From assembly GCF_018350175.1 (NCBI RefSeq), contig NC_058368.1:49415815-49479814 (forward strand): DNA of 64,000 bases. The letters run 5' to 3'. A model generated the notes under the pieces. The model had not been told where the DNA came from, ran no database searches, and worked only from the letters and a program-made list of their open reading frames with translations. The stretch comes from Felis catus. Its lineage: Eukaryota. The position numbers and the translations under genes are program-made. This document shows, piece after piece, positions 11,186 to 24,183 of the stretch (positions within the stretch are counted from its first letter, which is position 1; each line of letters starts with the position of its first letter).

Positions 11186-14100
11186 ATGACAACAAACTCA
11201 TATCTTTCAGTACTCACTCCAAATGTCAATGGACTAAATGCTCCAACCAAAAGACATAGGGTAACAGAATGGATAAGAAAACAAGATCCATCTATATGCT
11301 GTTTACATGAGACCCACTTTAGACCTAAAGACACCTTCATATTGAAAACAAGGGGATGGAGGACCATCTATCATGCTAATGGTCAACAAAAGAAAGCCCG
11401 AGCAGCCATACTTATATCAGAAAATCTAGACTTTAAAATAAACCATGTAGCAAGAGACAAAGAAGGGCATTATATCATAATTAAGAGGTCTATCCACCAA
11501 GACCTAACAACTAAAAACATTTATGCTCCAAATGTGGAAGAACCTAAATATATAAAATCAATCACAAAGAAATTCATTGATAACACCATAATCACCCCAC
11601 TTCCAGCAATACACATTTCATATAAACAGAAAATCAACAAGGAACCAATGGCTTTGAATGACACACTGGACCAGATGGACTTGACAGATATATTCAGAAC
11701 ACTTCATCCTAAAGCAGCAGAATATACATTCTTCTCCAGTGAACATGGAATGTTCTACAGAATAGATCACATACTGGGACACAAATCAGTCCTCAACAAG
11801 TACAAAAAGATCGAGGTCATACTGTGTGTATTTTCAGACTATAATGCTATGAAACTTGAAAACAACTACAAGAAAAAATTTGGAAAGATAACAAGTACTT
11901 GGAAACCAAAGAGCATTCTACTAAAGAATGAATGGGCTAACCAAGAAGTTAAAGAGAAAATTAAAAACTACATGGAAGGCAATGAAAATGATTATACCAC
12001 AGCCCAAAACTTCTGGGACGCAGCAAAGGTGGTCATAAGAGGGAAGTATATAGCAGTCCAGGTCTTCCTAAAGAAGGAAGAAAGGTCTCAGATATACAAC
12101 CTAACCTTACACCTTAAAGAGCTGGAAAAAGAACAGCAAATAAAACCCAAAAACAGAAGACAGGAAATGATAAAGATTAGAGCAGAAATTAATGCTATTG
12201 AAACAACAACAACAAAAAAACAGTAGAACAGATCAATGAAACCAGAAGCTGGTTCTTTGAAAGAATTAACAAAATTGATAAACCACTAGCCAGTATGATC
12301 AGGAAGAAAAAGGAAAGGACCCAAATAAATAAGATCAAGAATGAAAGAGGAGAGATCACAACCAATGCAACAGAAATAAAAACAATAATAAGAGAATATT
12401 ATCAGCAATTATATGCCAATAAAATGGGTAATCTGAAAGAAATGGAGAAATTCCTAGAAACATATACACTACCAAAACTGAAACAGAAAGCAATAGAAAA
12501 TTTGAACAGACATATAACCAGTAAGGAAATCAAATTAGTAACCAAAAATCTTCCAAAAAACAAGAGTCCAGGGCCAGATGGCTTTCTAGGGGAATTCTAC
12601 CAAACATTTAAGGAGGGTTAACACCTATTCTCTTGAAACTGTTCCAAAAAATAGAAATGGAAGGGAAACTTCCAAACACTTTCTATGAAGCCAACATTAC
12701 GCTGATTCCAAAACCAGACAGAGACCACACTAAAAAGGGGAAGTATAGACCAATTTCCCTGATGAACATGGATGCAAAAATCCTCAACAAGATAATAGCT
12801 AACCGGATCCAACAATACATTAAAATAATTATTCACCCACGACCAAGTGGGATTTATACCTAGTATGCAGGGCTGGCTCAATGTCTGCAAAACAATTAAC
12901 GTGATTCATCACATCAATTAAATAAAGGACAAGAACCACATGATCCTCTCAATAGACACAGAGAAACCATTTGACAAACTACAGCATCCTTTCTTGATAA
13001 AACCCTCAAGAAAGTAGGGATAGAAGGATCATACCTCAAGATCATAAAAGCCATAGATGAAAGATACAATGCTAATATCATCCTCAATGGGGAAAAACTG
13101 AGAGCTTTCCCCCTAAGGTCAGGACCAAGATAGGGATGTCCACTCTCACCACTGTTATTCTACATGGTATTGGAAGTCTTAGCCTCTGCAATCAGACAAC
13201 ACAAAGAAATAAAAGGCATCCAAATTGGCCAGGAGGACGCCAAATTTTCACTCTGCACAGATGACATGATACTCTATATGGAAAATCCAAGACTCCACCA
13301 AAAAACTGCTGGAACTGATCCATGAATTCAGCAAAGTCACAGGATATAAAAATCAATGCACAGAAATCAATTGAATTCCTATACACCAACAATGAAGCAA
13401 CAGAAAGAGAAATCAATGGATCGATCCCTTTTACAATTGCCTCCAAAACCATAAAATACCTAGGAATAAATCTAACCAAAGAGGTGAAAAATCTATACAC
13501 TGAAAACTACAGAAAGTTCATGAAAGAAATTGAAGAAGACACAAAACAATGGAAAAATGTTCCATGCTCCTGGATAGGAAGAACAAATACTGTTAAAATG
13601 TCAATACTACCCATAGCAATCTACATGTTCAATGCAATACCTATTACAATAATACCGGAATTCTTCACTGAGCTAGAAAAAACAATCCTAAAATTTTTAT
13701 GGAACCAGAAAAGACCCTGAATAGCCAAGGCAATCTTGAAAAAGAAAACCAAAGCAGGAGGCATCACAATCATGGACTTCAAGCTATACTACTTCAAAGC
13801 TATAATCATCAAGACAGTATGGTACTGGCACAAGATCAGACACTCAGATCAATGGAACAGAATAGAGAACCCAGAAATGGACCCACAAATATATGGCCAA
13901 CTAATCTTGGAAAAAGGAAGAAAGAATATCCAATGGAATAAAGACAGTCTCTTCAGCAAGTGGTGCTGGGAAAACTGGATAGCAACATGCAGAAGAATGA
14001 ACCTGGACCACTTTCTTACACCTCACACAAAAATAAACTCAAAATTGATGAAAGACCTAAATGTAAGACAGGAAGCCATCCAAATCCTTGAGGAGAAAGT

Positions 14101-14856
14101 AGGCAAAAACCCCTTTGATCTTAGCCACAGCAACTTCTTACTCCACATGTCTCTGGAGGCAAGGGAAACAAAAGCAAAACTGGGACCTCATCAAAATAGA
14201 AAACTTCTGCACAGCAAAGGAAACAATCAACAAAACTAAAAGGCAACCGACAGAATGGGAGAAGATATTTGCAAATGACATATCAGATAAAGGGTTAGTA
14301 TCCAAAGTCTATGAAGAACTTCTCAAACACCCAAAAAATAAATAATCCAGTGAGGAAATGGGCAAAAGACATGAATAGACACTTCTCCAAAGACATCCAG
14401 GTGGCCAACTGACACATGAAAAAAATGCTCAACTTCATTCATCATCAGGGAAATACAAATCAAAACCACCATGAGATACCTCCTTACACCTGTCAGAATG
14501 GCTAACATTAATAACTCAGGCAACAACAGATGTTGGCGAGGATGCAGAGAAAGAGGATCTCTTTTGCATTGTTGGTGGGAATGCAAGCTGGTGCAGCCAC
14601 TCTGGAAACAGTATGGAGGTTCCTCAAAAAAAAATAAAACAACTAAAAATAGAACTACCCTATGACCCACCAATTGTACTACCAGGCATTTATCCACGGG
14701 ATACAGGTGTGCTGTTTCGAAGGGACACATTCACCCCCATGTTTATAGCAGCACTATCAACAATAGCCTAAGTATGAAAGAGCCCAAATGTCCATCGATG
14801 GATGAATGCATAAAGAAAATGTGGTATATATATACAATGGAGTATTACTCGGCAAT
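11186..14856 (+). pseudogene. L1 ORF2p (endonuclease, reverse transcriptase), disrupted
   Basis: 346-aa open EN segment (NVNGLN, ICCLHETH, RIDHILGHK), [16 protein letters not shown], and a degenerate RT motif CTDD at ~13255-13266. Many frameshifts and stops. Confidence 0.95.
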
Positions 14857-14887
14857 TGAAAACTGTGTTCTTTAAAAGGCATGATCA

Positions 14888-15019
14888 GGGGCGCCTGGGT
14901 GGCTCAGTCAGTTAAGTGTCTGACTTCGGCCTGGGTCATGATCTCACAGTTCGCGAGTTCGAGCCCCGCATCAGGCTCTGTGCTGACAGCTCAGAGCCTG
15001 GAGCCTACTTCCGATTCTG

Positions 15020-15064
<45 letters not shown>

Positions 15065-15130
15065 GTCCCTCCTCAGCTCATGCTCACACTGTCCCTTTCA
15101 AAAATAAATAACCTTAAAAAAATTAAAAAA
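14888..15130 (+). mobile_element. CanSINE
   Basis: TSD taaaaggcatgatca / taaaaggcattatca at 14873-14887 and 15131-15145. Confidence 0.95.
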
Positions 15131-15264
15131 TAAAAGGCATTATCATAAAAATGAGGAGCCAAGTCACAGACTTGTAGAAAATATTCACAATATTTACAGA
15201 TAACAAAGAACTTGGATCTAGAGTATGTGAAGAACTCTTACAAGTTTTGAAAGTTCAATAAACA

Positions 15265-15460
15265 GGGGCTTCTGTGCGTCTCAGTCAGTTTAGCATTTGA
15301 CTCTTGATTTCAGCTCACGTCTTAAGCCCACAGTTCATGAGATCGAGCCCCACAAAGGGCTCTGTGCTGACAGTATGGAGCCTGATTGGGATTCCTTCTC
15401 TCCTTCTCTCTCTGCCCCTTCCCCCAACCCCTCCAAAAAATAAACAAGCATTAAAAAAAG
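15265..15460 (+). mobile_element. Older CanSINE
   Basis: Diverged SINE. Degenerate TSD gaaagttcaataaaca / gaaaattcaatcaaca. Confidence 0.85.
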
Positions 15461-15537
15461 GAAAGAAAATTCAATCAACAAAAAATTTGAATAGACACGT
15501 CATCAAATGTTATATATTAAGGGCAAACAGTCACAAA

Positions 15538-15930
15538 TATTACAGGTTGAATTGTGTGTTGCCCCATCACCCATTCTATGTTGAAAACCTAATACCTAGT
15601 ACCTCAGATGGGGACTACATTTGGAGATAGTGTCTTTAAACAGATGATTAAGAAAAAATTAGGTTTTTAGGGTCATTAGGTGGATCCTAATCAAATTTGA
15701 CTTTTTTCCTTCCTTGTAAGAAGAGATTATGACAGAAACATAAAGGGAAGACCATGTGAAGATACAGAAAGGAGAAAATGGCCATCTTTAAGCCAAAGAG
15801 AGAGCCCTCAGAAGAAACTAACCCTATAAATTACATTTCTAGCCTCTAGAATTTTGAAAAGGTAAATTTATGCTATTTAAGCCATCCAGTAGGTGGTACT
15901 TTGTTATGGCAGCCTTAGCAAACTAAATAC
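15538..15930 (+). mobile_element. MaLR solo LTR (MLT1A/B-like)
   Basis: 'ggttgaattgtgtg...atttggagatagtgtctttaaa...tttaagccatccag...ttgttatggcagccttagcaaactaaataca'. Confidence 0.85.
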
Positions 15931-16644
15931 ACACATGAGTATGTTCATTATCATTGGTTATATGAAAAACACAAATTAAAACATACTGAAATGGCCAAAT
16001 TAAAATAGATTTTTAATATCATATATTGACACAGATGTGGGACAACACATACATTGTTGGAGATGAAAAATGGTACAGCCACTCTGGAGAACAGTTTGCT
16101 TTCAAGATTTTTTTTTTTAAGTTAAATATATTCTCATAAATCCCATCATTTCTACCCTCAGATATTTATGTAAGGGAACTAAAAACTTATGTTCAATAAG
16201 AGTCGCATTCAACTATTCATAGCAGATTAATTGGTAATAACCCCCAAGTGAAAATAACCAAAATGTTCAACCGGTAAATAAACAAATTGTAGTTTATATA
16301 ATCGATTACTAAGCAGCAATTTAAAAGAAAAGTATTACCGATACACGTAACACTATGGATGAATCCCAAAATCATTACACAAAGTGAAGGAAGACAAATT
16401 AAAGACTACATACCATATGTTTCCATTTATAGGAAATTCTAGCAAAAACAAAACTAGGACAGAAAGTAGACTAGTGGTTGCCAGCCCACCACCTCACCGT
16501 CTATGCTGTAATAGCTTTTATCTCAAGCTTTTTGTTAACTCTTGGCTTCTAGATCTTGGTATCTTCATGCGTCCATCTCTGTGTACTTCCTACATCTCAA
16601 GATCAATTTCTCAAAGACAGTAATCAGTCCAAACTATTAGCATG

Positions 16645-17335
16645 TGTGGTGATGTTAAAGTATAACCGAAATTTTAAGGATACTCCTCTCTTAAGAGACA
16701 GAAATTAATTCCTTCCTCTCCCCTTGATTGTGGCATATATGATGGAGGTTTGAGACTAGGTTTTAAGAGACATGGCTTTCTTCTTGTTGTCTTTGGCTTC
16801 GATCTCTTGCTTTGAGGGAAAGAAGCCAGTCACCACGTCATGGTAACATTCAAGCAGCCTTGTGGAGAGGAACTAAAGCTTCCTGCCAGTTGTCAGTGAG
16901 GAGCAGAATCTTCTGTCATCAGCCATGTGAGTGAGCCATCTGTAGATGGATGCCCCAGGCCCAGGCAAGCCTCATTACACAGCTCCACCTACTATCTGGA
17001 CAGCAACCCCAAACCATGTAAGCTACTTCTGAATTTCCCATCTCCAGGGGCACCTGGGTGGCTTAGTCGGTTAAGCATCTGACTTCAGCTCAGGTCATGA
17101 TCTTGCGGTCTGTGAGTTCGAGCCCCGGGTTGGGCTCTGTGCTGACAGCTCAGAGCCTGGAGCCTGCTTCAGATTCTGTCTTCCTCTCTCTCTGACCCTC
17201 CCCCGTTCATGCTCTGTCTCTGTCTCAAAAATAAACGTTTAAAAAAATTTTGAATTTCCAACCTCCAAAAAAAAAAGTAATAAATATATATTGCTTTTAC
17301 ACAGATTTGGGGTACTTTGTTGTATAGCAATCTGA
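16645..17335 (+). mobile_element. MaLR solo LTR (MLT1F-like) with a nested SINE
   Basis: 'caagcagccttgtggagaggaact', 'agccatgtgagtgagccatc', 'ggggtactttgttgtatagcaat'. Confidence 0.75.
17047..17250 (+). mobile_element. CanSINE
   Basis: TSD tgaatttcccatctcca / tgaatttccaacctcca. Confidence 0.95.
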
Positions 17336-17554
17336 CCCTATAGAAGTCCTAAACTTCCTCATGGAATGACTATTTTAGTATTTTGGGATACCCAGGCATA
17401 AAAAGAACTCAAGAGGACTCTCTCAGCAAGCACTCTGGATTTTGCAATTAACTTCCAAGTGAAGATATAGACAAAAAGCATACCTTTATTGCTATCTTTA
17501 TTTTATCCAGTAAAAAACAAAAACAAACATAACAATAAAACATAAACAACTGAA

Positions 17555-17621
17555 TAGGATAATAATCTACCTACTACTTAGGATAATCATCTACCTCCTT
17601 AGAATAATAATCTACCTACTA
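17555..17621. repeat. Imperfect ~22-bp tandem triplication
   Basis: taggataataatctacctactact / taggataatcatctacctcct / tagaataataatctacctacta. Confidence 0.85.
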
Positions 17622-20573
17622 GTACCTTTAAAAATCAGAAATAATTTTCTTCCATACAAACAGGACTCCAAATGAAGATAAATTAGTTTAATAAGGAGTT
17701 TCAGAGAAGCCTAGCATTCCTGAGAGTTGGTTTCTAAGATACGTTGCTTTGGGTTTTTAGGTTTGCCACCATTAGCAGTGTAAACCTAAGTCAATTAGCC
17801 TTTTAGGGTCTCTTGTGTACAGTAATTTTTAATTTAATTTTGGTCAAAGACACCTTTGTGAATCTACAATCTTTCTCCTGATAAATATATACTGCCACAG
17901 TGAGTTTTACACATTCTTTGCTTCTTCTGGAAAGTATTTCTAACCCAGCAACTGTGCCTAGTTAAACTTGAGTAATTCTAGTACTTAGGGTCTAAGTAAC
18001 TCTTGGTTTGCTGGCATTTTATAAATCTGAAGATTTTTAATTATATGGCTTACTACTTACTTACTTACTAGTTCGCTGCATATATTAAGCACTGTTTTAT
18101 AAATGAAGTTGCTTTTTTAGCAAATGTTTTCTGTTCCCAAGGAAGCAGAGACTCAAATGCTAATACAGGTGTAGAGAGTTACCCATTCTTATTAAGGCTG
18201 ATTTGTATAACCTGCTACAACACACCTATTTGGTATAATTTATGCTTGGTGTTAATAGTAACTTATATTGGTATTCACCTAGGGAGACTAGCTTTAAAGG
18301 AAACCCTCAGCATCTGCTCACCACCTTATTTCCATATATTCAGCTTTCTGTTTAATTAACCTCTTTTTATTGTAGTATCTGAAAAGTAACTCAGAATAAA
18401 AAGGCACATTGATCACGGATCAGTAGCATCATTTTCTCAAACAGACAACACCATTTTTGTCATGGACAGGGTAGCATATAGAGATCACAGGACTATGCGC
18501 ACAACTCAAAACTTCTGATTTGATTGTATTAAACTGATTGGCATATCCTTCCCAACACTCATAGTCAAGTAGAACAACAAATAGCCACAAAGACACTTTT
18601 TCTATAGGTTAACTGCTTTACAAATAAAAAGATCAGAATAGAGTGCGGATGAAATGAATCTATCAGATGCCTAAGTTGGAGCAATACTTCTTTTATGAAG
18701 AAAAAAAAAAGGTACTCAAACATCTCATTTGATTACTGTTTGGGGCTAGGCAGCAGGAATCACTTCAGTGGACTCCTTTCTTACGGATCCAGGAGAGAAT
18801 ATTCCTCAGAATCCATGACTTGCTCTCAAAAGAAAGCTTAAACAGTCCTTCTTTACTTTCTAAATGTTTATCCCAGTTTAAGAGATGAATTCCCATGGAG
18901 CTACCCTGGTCGCAACCTTCCTCATTGTGTGGTTGCTAATGTAGATTTCATAATCTCACCTTCAAAATACAGAATGAAGAGGAGAATGTTGTGATATCTA
19001 AGTAGCTACCAACTGCAGCAAGAAGGGCAAAATAAACTCTTTCATACAATTCTTATTGTTTAAAGATTTTGGATTTTAAAAGTTTCCATCGCAAAGAAAG
19101 ACACCGTTTTCTCTTTTGCATTAGAGCACAAAAGAGAAATGGTTACATAGACAATTTGCAGAGGCTACTGGAGTGGGAGTGTTAAAGAACTGAAGGAATA
19201 TCTTCAGGTGGAAAAAAAAAGAAAAGATAAATCCAGCTAACATAATTCAAGTTGAAAAAAGTCTAGGACAATTTAAAAGATTCTTCAGCAATTTATGATA
19301 ATGTACAATCATATTCTTTTCTCCTAAAAGACTTTTGCCTACGATTGTAGTTATTTCTTGTTAAGGTGAAATATCACTCATCTTGAAACAGATGTGAAAT
19401 TATCCTTATTAGATACTTTTCCTTGATGTTGGTATTTTAACACTGTGATTAAACCAGATGGAAGACAACTCCCCCCCCCCCCTTGAAAAAAGGGAGAGGA
19501 GGAAAATAAAACACACACGCACAACCAGGTACTTTCAGATTCTAGTTGCCATAACAACTTGAGTCGGCTTCCATCATTAAAGCATCTTTTGATCACCCTT
19601 ATGGATTTTTTGTGTAACGAGTAAAAGATTCATTATTTCATGTATTCTCTATTGAGAAAAATTCTTCTCCTCTTTGAAAACAGCTCATTGTCTGTTTTAT
19701 TAAACAAAAGCAGACGAGTACTATAAACTCCCCCTCAAAACTATAAACAACAAAGGCTCCCCAAAGAAAGCTTTGAAGTATTATATTGCACTTTCAGACT
19801 TCTAATGATATTTTTAAAGGGTATTTTGTTTCCATGAAAATTAAATACTTCTGGTAATTTTACAATGTGAGAATTATTCATATATTTTTCTCTCTTTCAA
19901 TAGGCCAATTCAAATATTGTTTACAGTAACACCAACAAAACACAAAGCAGTAAAATGCCTTCCTTCTGGCCTCTTTCGCCTATTGTTTAATCTCTAGGTC
20001 TGCACACATCTGGAAAACAGCGAAGTCAGTGGGAAGTGTGAGAAGCTGGTATCAAAGCAAGTTGCTTCCTAGCAACAGCACTCAGGAGAAACAGGCTTCA
20101 TTTGTCAAGTGGCCCCAAAGCAGGAAATCAGGGCGCTGTGGGAATGCGAATGGCATATACAAGGTGCAAAACATAAGTTAACATTTACCTTTCCAAAGTG
20201 AAATATTTAATGTCCTCTATAAACAGGACACCCAAACTGAAACAAAGTCAAAAGAGTCCTGATGGCTCAGTGTAGAAAGCTTCTCACACCTCTGTGATGA
20301 AGAGCCAACTTGGGTATGTAACCAGTTCATCACCGATTGTTTTGTAAAATATTATTTTCAAAAAATATTTAGGAAAGTGAAATTTTTAAAAAGGCACTTT
20401 AAGTAAGAACCAGCAAAAAAAAAAAAAAAAATCTTTCACATTGGTTCCTTAAATGCTTTTAGACACTTACCTTCAATTTCTGTCCTGACCTCCTCACAAA
20501 CCAGACACAGTGCCTAGATAGTAAAATAGGATGGACCAGGAGACCACCTTGCATTAAATAGCTCTGGTTTAAC

Positions 20574-20740
20574 ACTGAGCTTCTCAAACTCATTGAGCAT
20601 CGAGACCCCTTGGAGAGTTTGTTAAATGCAGACACCTGAGCCCCACCCTCGGCATCAGATTCAGCAAATCTGGGCTAGGGGTGGACACTTAGCATTTCTA
20701 GCAAGCTCACAGGTATTGCCAATGTATGAGTAGCAATGCT
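20574..20740. mobile_element. MER5-type hAT-Charlie DNA transposon fossil
   Basis: 'ttctcaaact...ttgttaaatgcaga...cagattcagcaaatctggg...gcatttctagcaagctcacaggt'. Confidence 0.75.
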
Positions 20741-21157
20741 GGAGAATCTAGATGTGCTATATTGCAAGTGTGTCTAACGCCCTCACTGTGGACGTCCCAT
20801 TATACTAAAGCGGTAAAATCTCCAGAGCTGGGTGATGGTAAGATTACCCAGGAGGAGAGGCAGAAAACTGAGTCTTTAATTCCTCCAGTGATTCCTCATC
20901 ATTTTCAACACAAAAGCTAAATGCCATGGCTGAGGTCACAAAATTCCTCAAGATCCACCTCATCCCCTCATTTTTGCCAGTTTGTCCTTATTTTACACTC
21001 CTTATCGATATGGAATTGATGCATCAGCCACAAGGAATTACAGGTAAATGGAATCTGACTATGCTAGTGTTCTCACACCCTCGTGCCTTCCGGCTTTCAT
21101 TCCCTCTCCACACCCCATTCCTTTTCTTTCCTCTCACTTATTCTTTCAACAAATGTT

Positions 21158-21370
21158 TCTCTCTCTTTTTAAATATTTATTTACTTTTGAGAGAGAGAGC
21201 GAGAATGTGTGTGAGAGGGGCAGAAAGAGAGGGAGACACAGTATCGGAAGTAGGCTCCAGGCTCCAAGCTGTCAGCACAGAGCCCAAGGAAGGGCTTGAA
21301 CTCACAAACTGCGAGATGATGACCTGAGCCGAAGTCAGATGCTTAACCCACTGAGCCACCCAGGTGCCCC
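21158..21370 (-). mobile_element. CanSINE
   Basis: 19-bp TSD tattctttcaacaaatgtt at 21139-21157 and 21372-21390. Confidence 0.95.
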
Positions 21371-21979
21371 ATATTCTTTCAACAAATGTTGCTGAGCTAC
21401 CTACCTGATATGAATTTTATATGAGGTTTAAATGAGACAATATATTTAAAGGACTTAGTACAAAACGTAGCATATGGCAAGCACTCAAAAGATGATGGCA
21501 ATGTTGACAAGGATGATGGCAAGAAGAATGAGGTTATATGCTGACAAGAGTGTTCAACACCTCGTTTTGTAACTACCGATTCCTAAGTCACCTCAGTGAG
21601 ACTGAGGTTCATTGAAAGAATTCTGTCTTTCACATCAACATTTCCATTTCCCACTGAGGTCCCTAGGATACAGTAAGGTCTTAATAAACATTTGCTGATA
21701 GAACGGTAAGAACCTGAAGGGATTGCAACACACAACTGAATCCTATTCTTTTTCGACTATGCCATGTTGTGTCTTTAAAAATGTCCCCTTTTCCGGCCTC
21801 CCTAGCAGAGAGTTTAAAAACACAAGAAAAAAACTTCCTTTCTGACATTTTAAAAAATCCTTGGGAAAGGCAGTTAATTTATTTGTTAGTGAACTTGTTG
21901 GATGATTTCAGACCTTTTAGACATGGCTAAGCACTCATCGTTCACGTAAATGGAAGGGGGCTGGGGCAGCTGTGCAGGT

Positions 21980-22385
21980 GTGTTACTGGGATCTCCCCTC
22001 AAGAGAGAACTTGCCCTTCAGGATTTCAGGATTGTCTCAGCTTTCAGCTCAAGCCAACGATCCTCCCAGGCAGCCCCCATTCTGTGACTGAACACGGCAG
22101 GGGAGTAGGACCTAGCGATTTATGCCCAGTTCAGGATTCCGCTCCTGAGGGTGCTTTTCTCCAGAGCTTCCATTCAGCTGGCTGGGCCTTTCTGGTCCGT
22201 GTCATGGTATGAGACTCTGCCTCCAAACCCGGTTTCCTTCCCCCTTTCCTTTCACAGGTGTCTGATCAGCAGTGGGAAGGCTTTCCCTGCCCAATTCTGC
22301 ATCCCTCGTGGCTGGCCTTTCACAGGTGTTACTTACTCCTTCTGTACGTCCAGCTTCATCCCAGTGTCTTTTCCCTAACGGCACA
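21980..22385 (+). mobile_element. ERVL solo LTR (LTR16-like)
   Basis: 'cccctcaagagagaacttgccc', 'ggcagcccccattctgtgactga', 'ccttcccctttcctttcacaggtgt'. Confidence 0.65.
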
Positions 22386-23240
22386 GGAGAATGAAACTGC
22401 AAAACCATGCTTTTGGCTTTCTCAGTGGGAAATCAAGCATTGAATCAAACTGTGGTCTAGCTAAGAAAACACCTGAATAAGATACAAGCAAGACCGGCAG
22501 AGCACTTTCCCCATTTATCTGAGATTAAGCAGAGATGGGTAATGTGTCTCCCACCTGCTGACCTATTTCATTCTTTACCCCTCAATGTGTTTCTGTCACT
22601 ATTGCCATTTGGACTTCATTGCTTCTATCTTCCTTTTTTCCCATTGTGTATATTCCTGGTGCTTTTAGACTACAGGACAGATAGTCACAAGTCACTCTTC
22701 ATCTGCTTTGTATTCAGAGAGGCAGCATAGGCTCTGTGGGTGCATGAAAACAATTTTAGGTCCCTTCTCAACTATGTAACAGCTAAAAGCAGGAAGACAT
22801 AGCCAAATTTTCTTTCTTTTTTACACAGGCAAAAGCTGTAGTAGCTATGTTAACACAGGAAAAGATAAATTTATTCGAACACCTAGTATAAATTAGATTT
22901 AAAAAAAGGTTGCACTTACTCAGTGGTTCTTAGTCTCTTTGGGAGTTTCAAATATCTTTGAATATAACACAAAAGCCATAGACTCAATCCCTAGATTAAA
23001 AAGTACTACTATTATTCGAATGAAGAGCTTAAGGTATTTGTTCTCCTCTCATCCTTTCATTCAAGTTAGTGTTTTACTAATAATAATCATGAGTGCATAC
23101 TAGGATAACATTTTACTAGATGAAGGAATGTTTTTCACTCACCATCATTAGTTTTACTTAATTGCTCTCCTACAAATAAAATGACTTTGAATTCTGCCTC
23201 AGGGAGAGGAAGCTTCAGCAAAATAAACATACTAATACAG

Positions 23241-23271
<31 letters not shown>

Positions 23272-23599
23272 TTCAGTGTTTGACTTTTCAAACCTGGCTT
23301 CTTAGCCCAAGCAATATATTTTCCTATGCAATTTTTCTTTTATCCTACAGCAGACAAAAATTCCTAGTGCAGAGGGCCAGGCGGAGCAAAATTAAACACT
23401 CAATGTATTTTGCTAACAGTGACACTTCTTGTTCAAAGAAGGAAATTGAAGAACAACAGAAAAAAAAAAAGATAACGTGCACCTGAATGCAAGATATAGA
23501 AACAAACAAATTTGGGTAACATGTCAGAGATTCAGAGGCATTGAAATATCGTTCAAATATAAGAATGTGAATTTATTTTGAAAAGAAATGATTCCTACT

Positions 23600-24183
23600 G
23601 TTTGACTTAGCTATTGCTGTATGAGAACCTTCCTCCCATCCCAGCACCAAAAAAATGGAGTAACTTAAATTAATAACCATTTATGCAGCTCATGATTCTG
23701 AGGGTCAGGAACTCAGGCTAGACCAAATATAGTAGGGTTTCATCTCCGCTTTCTAATGCATGTTCTAATGCATGTTCGATCAGTTGGGGTGGGAAAGCCA
23801 GGGTAAGTGGCTTTGCTGATATTGGGTGGGCTACTTCTCATATGTAGCACATCAACAAGGACAACAGGGCTAACACAACTCTGAAGCACATAGTCTGCCA
23901 CCTCCAGCTAGTTAGCACTGGGGGAAAATGGAGGCCAGAGTCCTGAGAAAGAGAACAAAAGTGTGGTATACAAGGTCTCTTTAGGACTCCAATTTGAATT
24001 GAAAACCTGTTATTTCCACTGCATTTATTGGCCAAAGCAAGTCACAAAGCGAATGCCATTTAAGGAGATGGATTAAAAAAAAAAAAAGATAACCTTTTGA
24101 TGGGAGATGTTGAAAAGTCAATTATAAAGGTTACGGACCAGAGAACAGTGTAGGATGGGTGGTCATTTTTGCAGTCTACACCA
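23600..24183 (-). mobile_element. MaLR solo LTR (MLT1G/H-like)
   Basis: 'ttagctattgctgta...ctcatgattctgagggtcaggaa...ttggccaaagcaagtcaca...ggtcatttttgcagtctac'. Confidence 0.75.

Larger units (their letters stand above)
8467..14856 (+). mobile_element. Near-full-length inactive carnivore/felid L1 (5'UTR, ORF1, ORF2) lacking its 3' end
   Basis: Starts gggggagtagccaagatggc, then ~1.65 kb 5'UTR, ORF1 remnants and ORF2 from ATG 11186. It stops abruptly at ...tattactcggcaat with no 3'UTR or poly(A). Confidence 0.95.
14857..16485 (+). mobile_element. Ancient L1M 3' region (ORF2 C-terminus and 3'UTR), interrupted by two SINEs and an MLT1
   Basis: 'caagtcacagacttgtagaaaatattc', 'aaaatggtacagccactctggagaacagtttg', 'atggatgaatcccaaaatcatta', 'tttccatttataggaaattctag'. 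Confidence 0.75.

Noticed and set aside
8467..14856. Active or intact L1
   Set aside because: Both ORFs have many stops and frameshifts, the RT motif is degenerate, the 5'UTR is CpG-depleted and the 3' end is missing.
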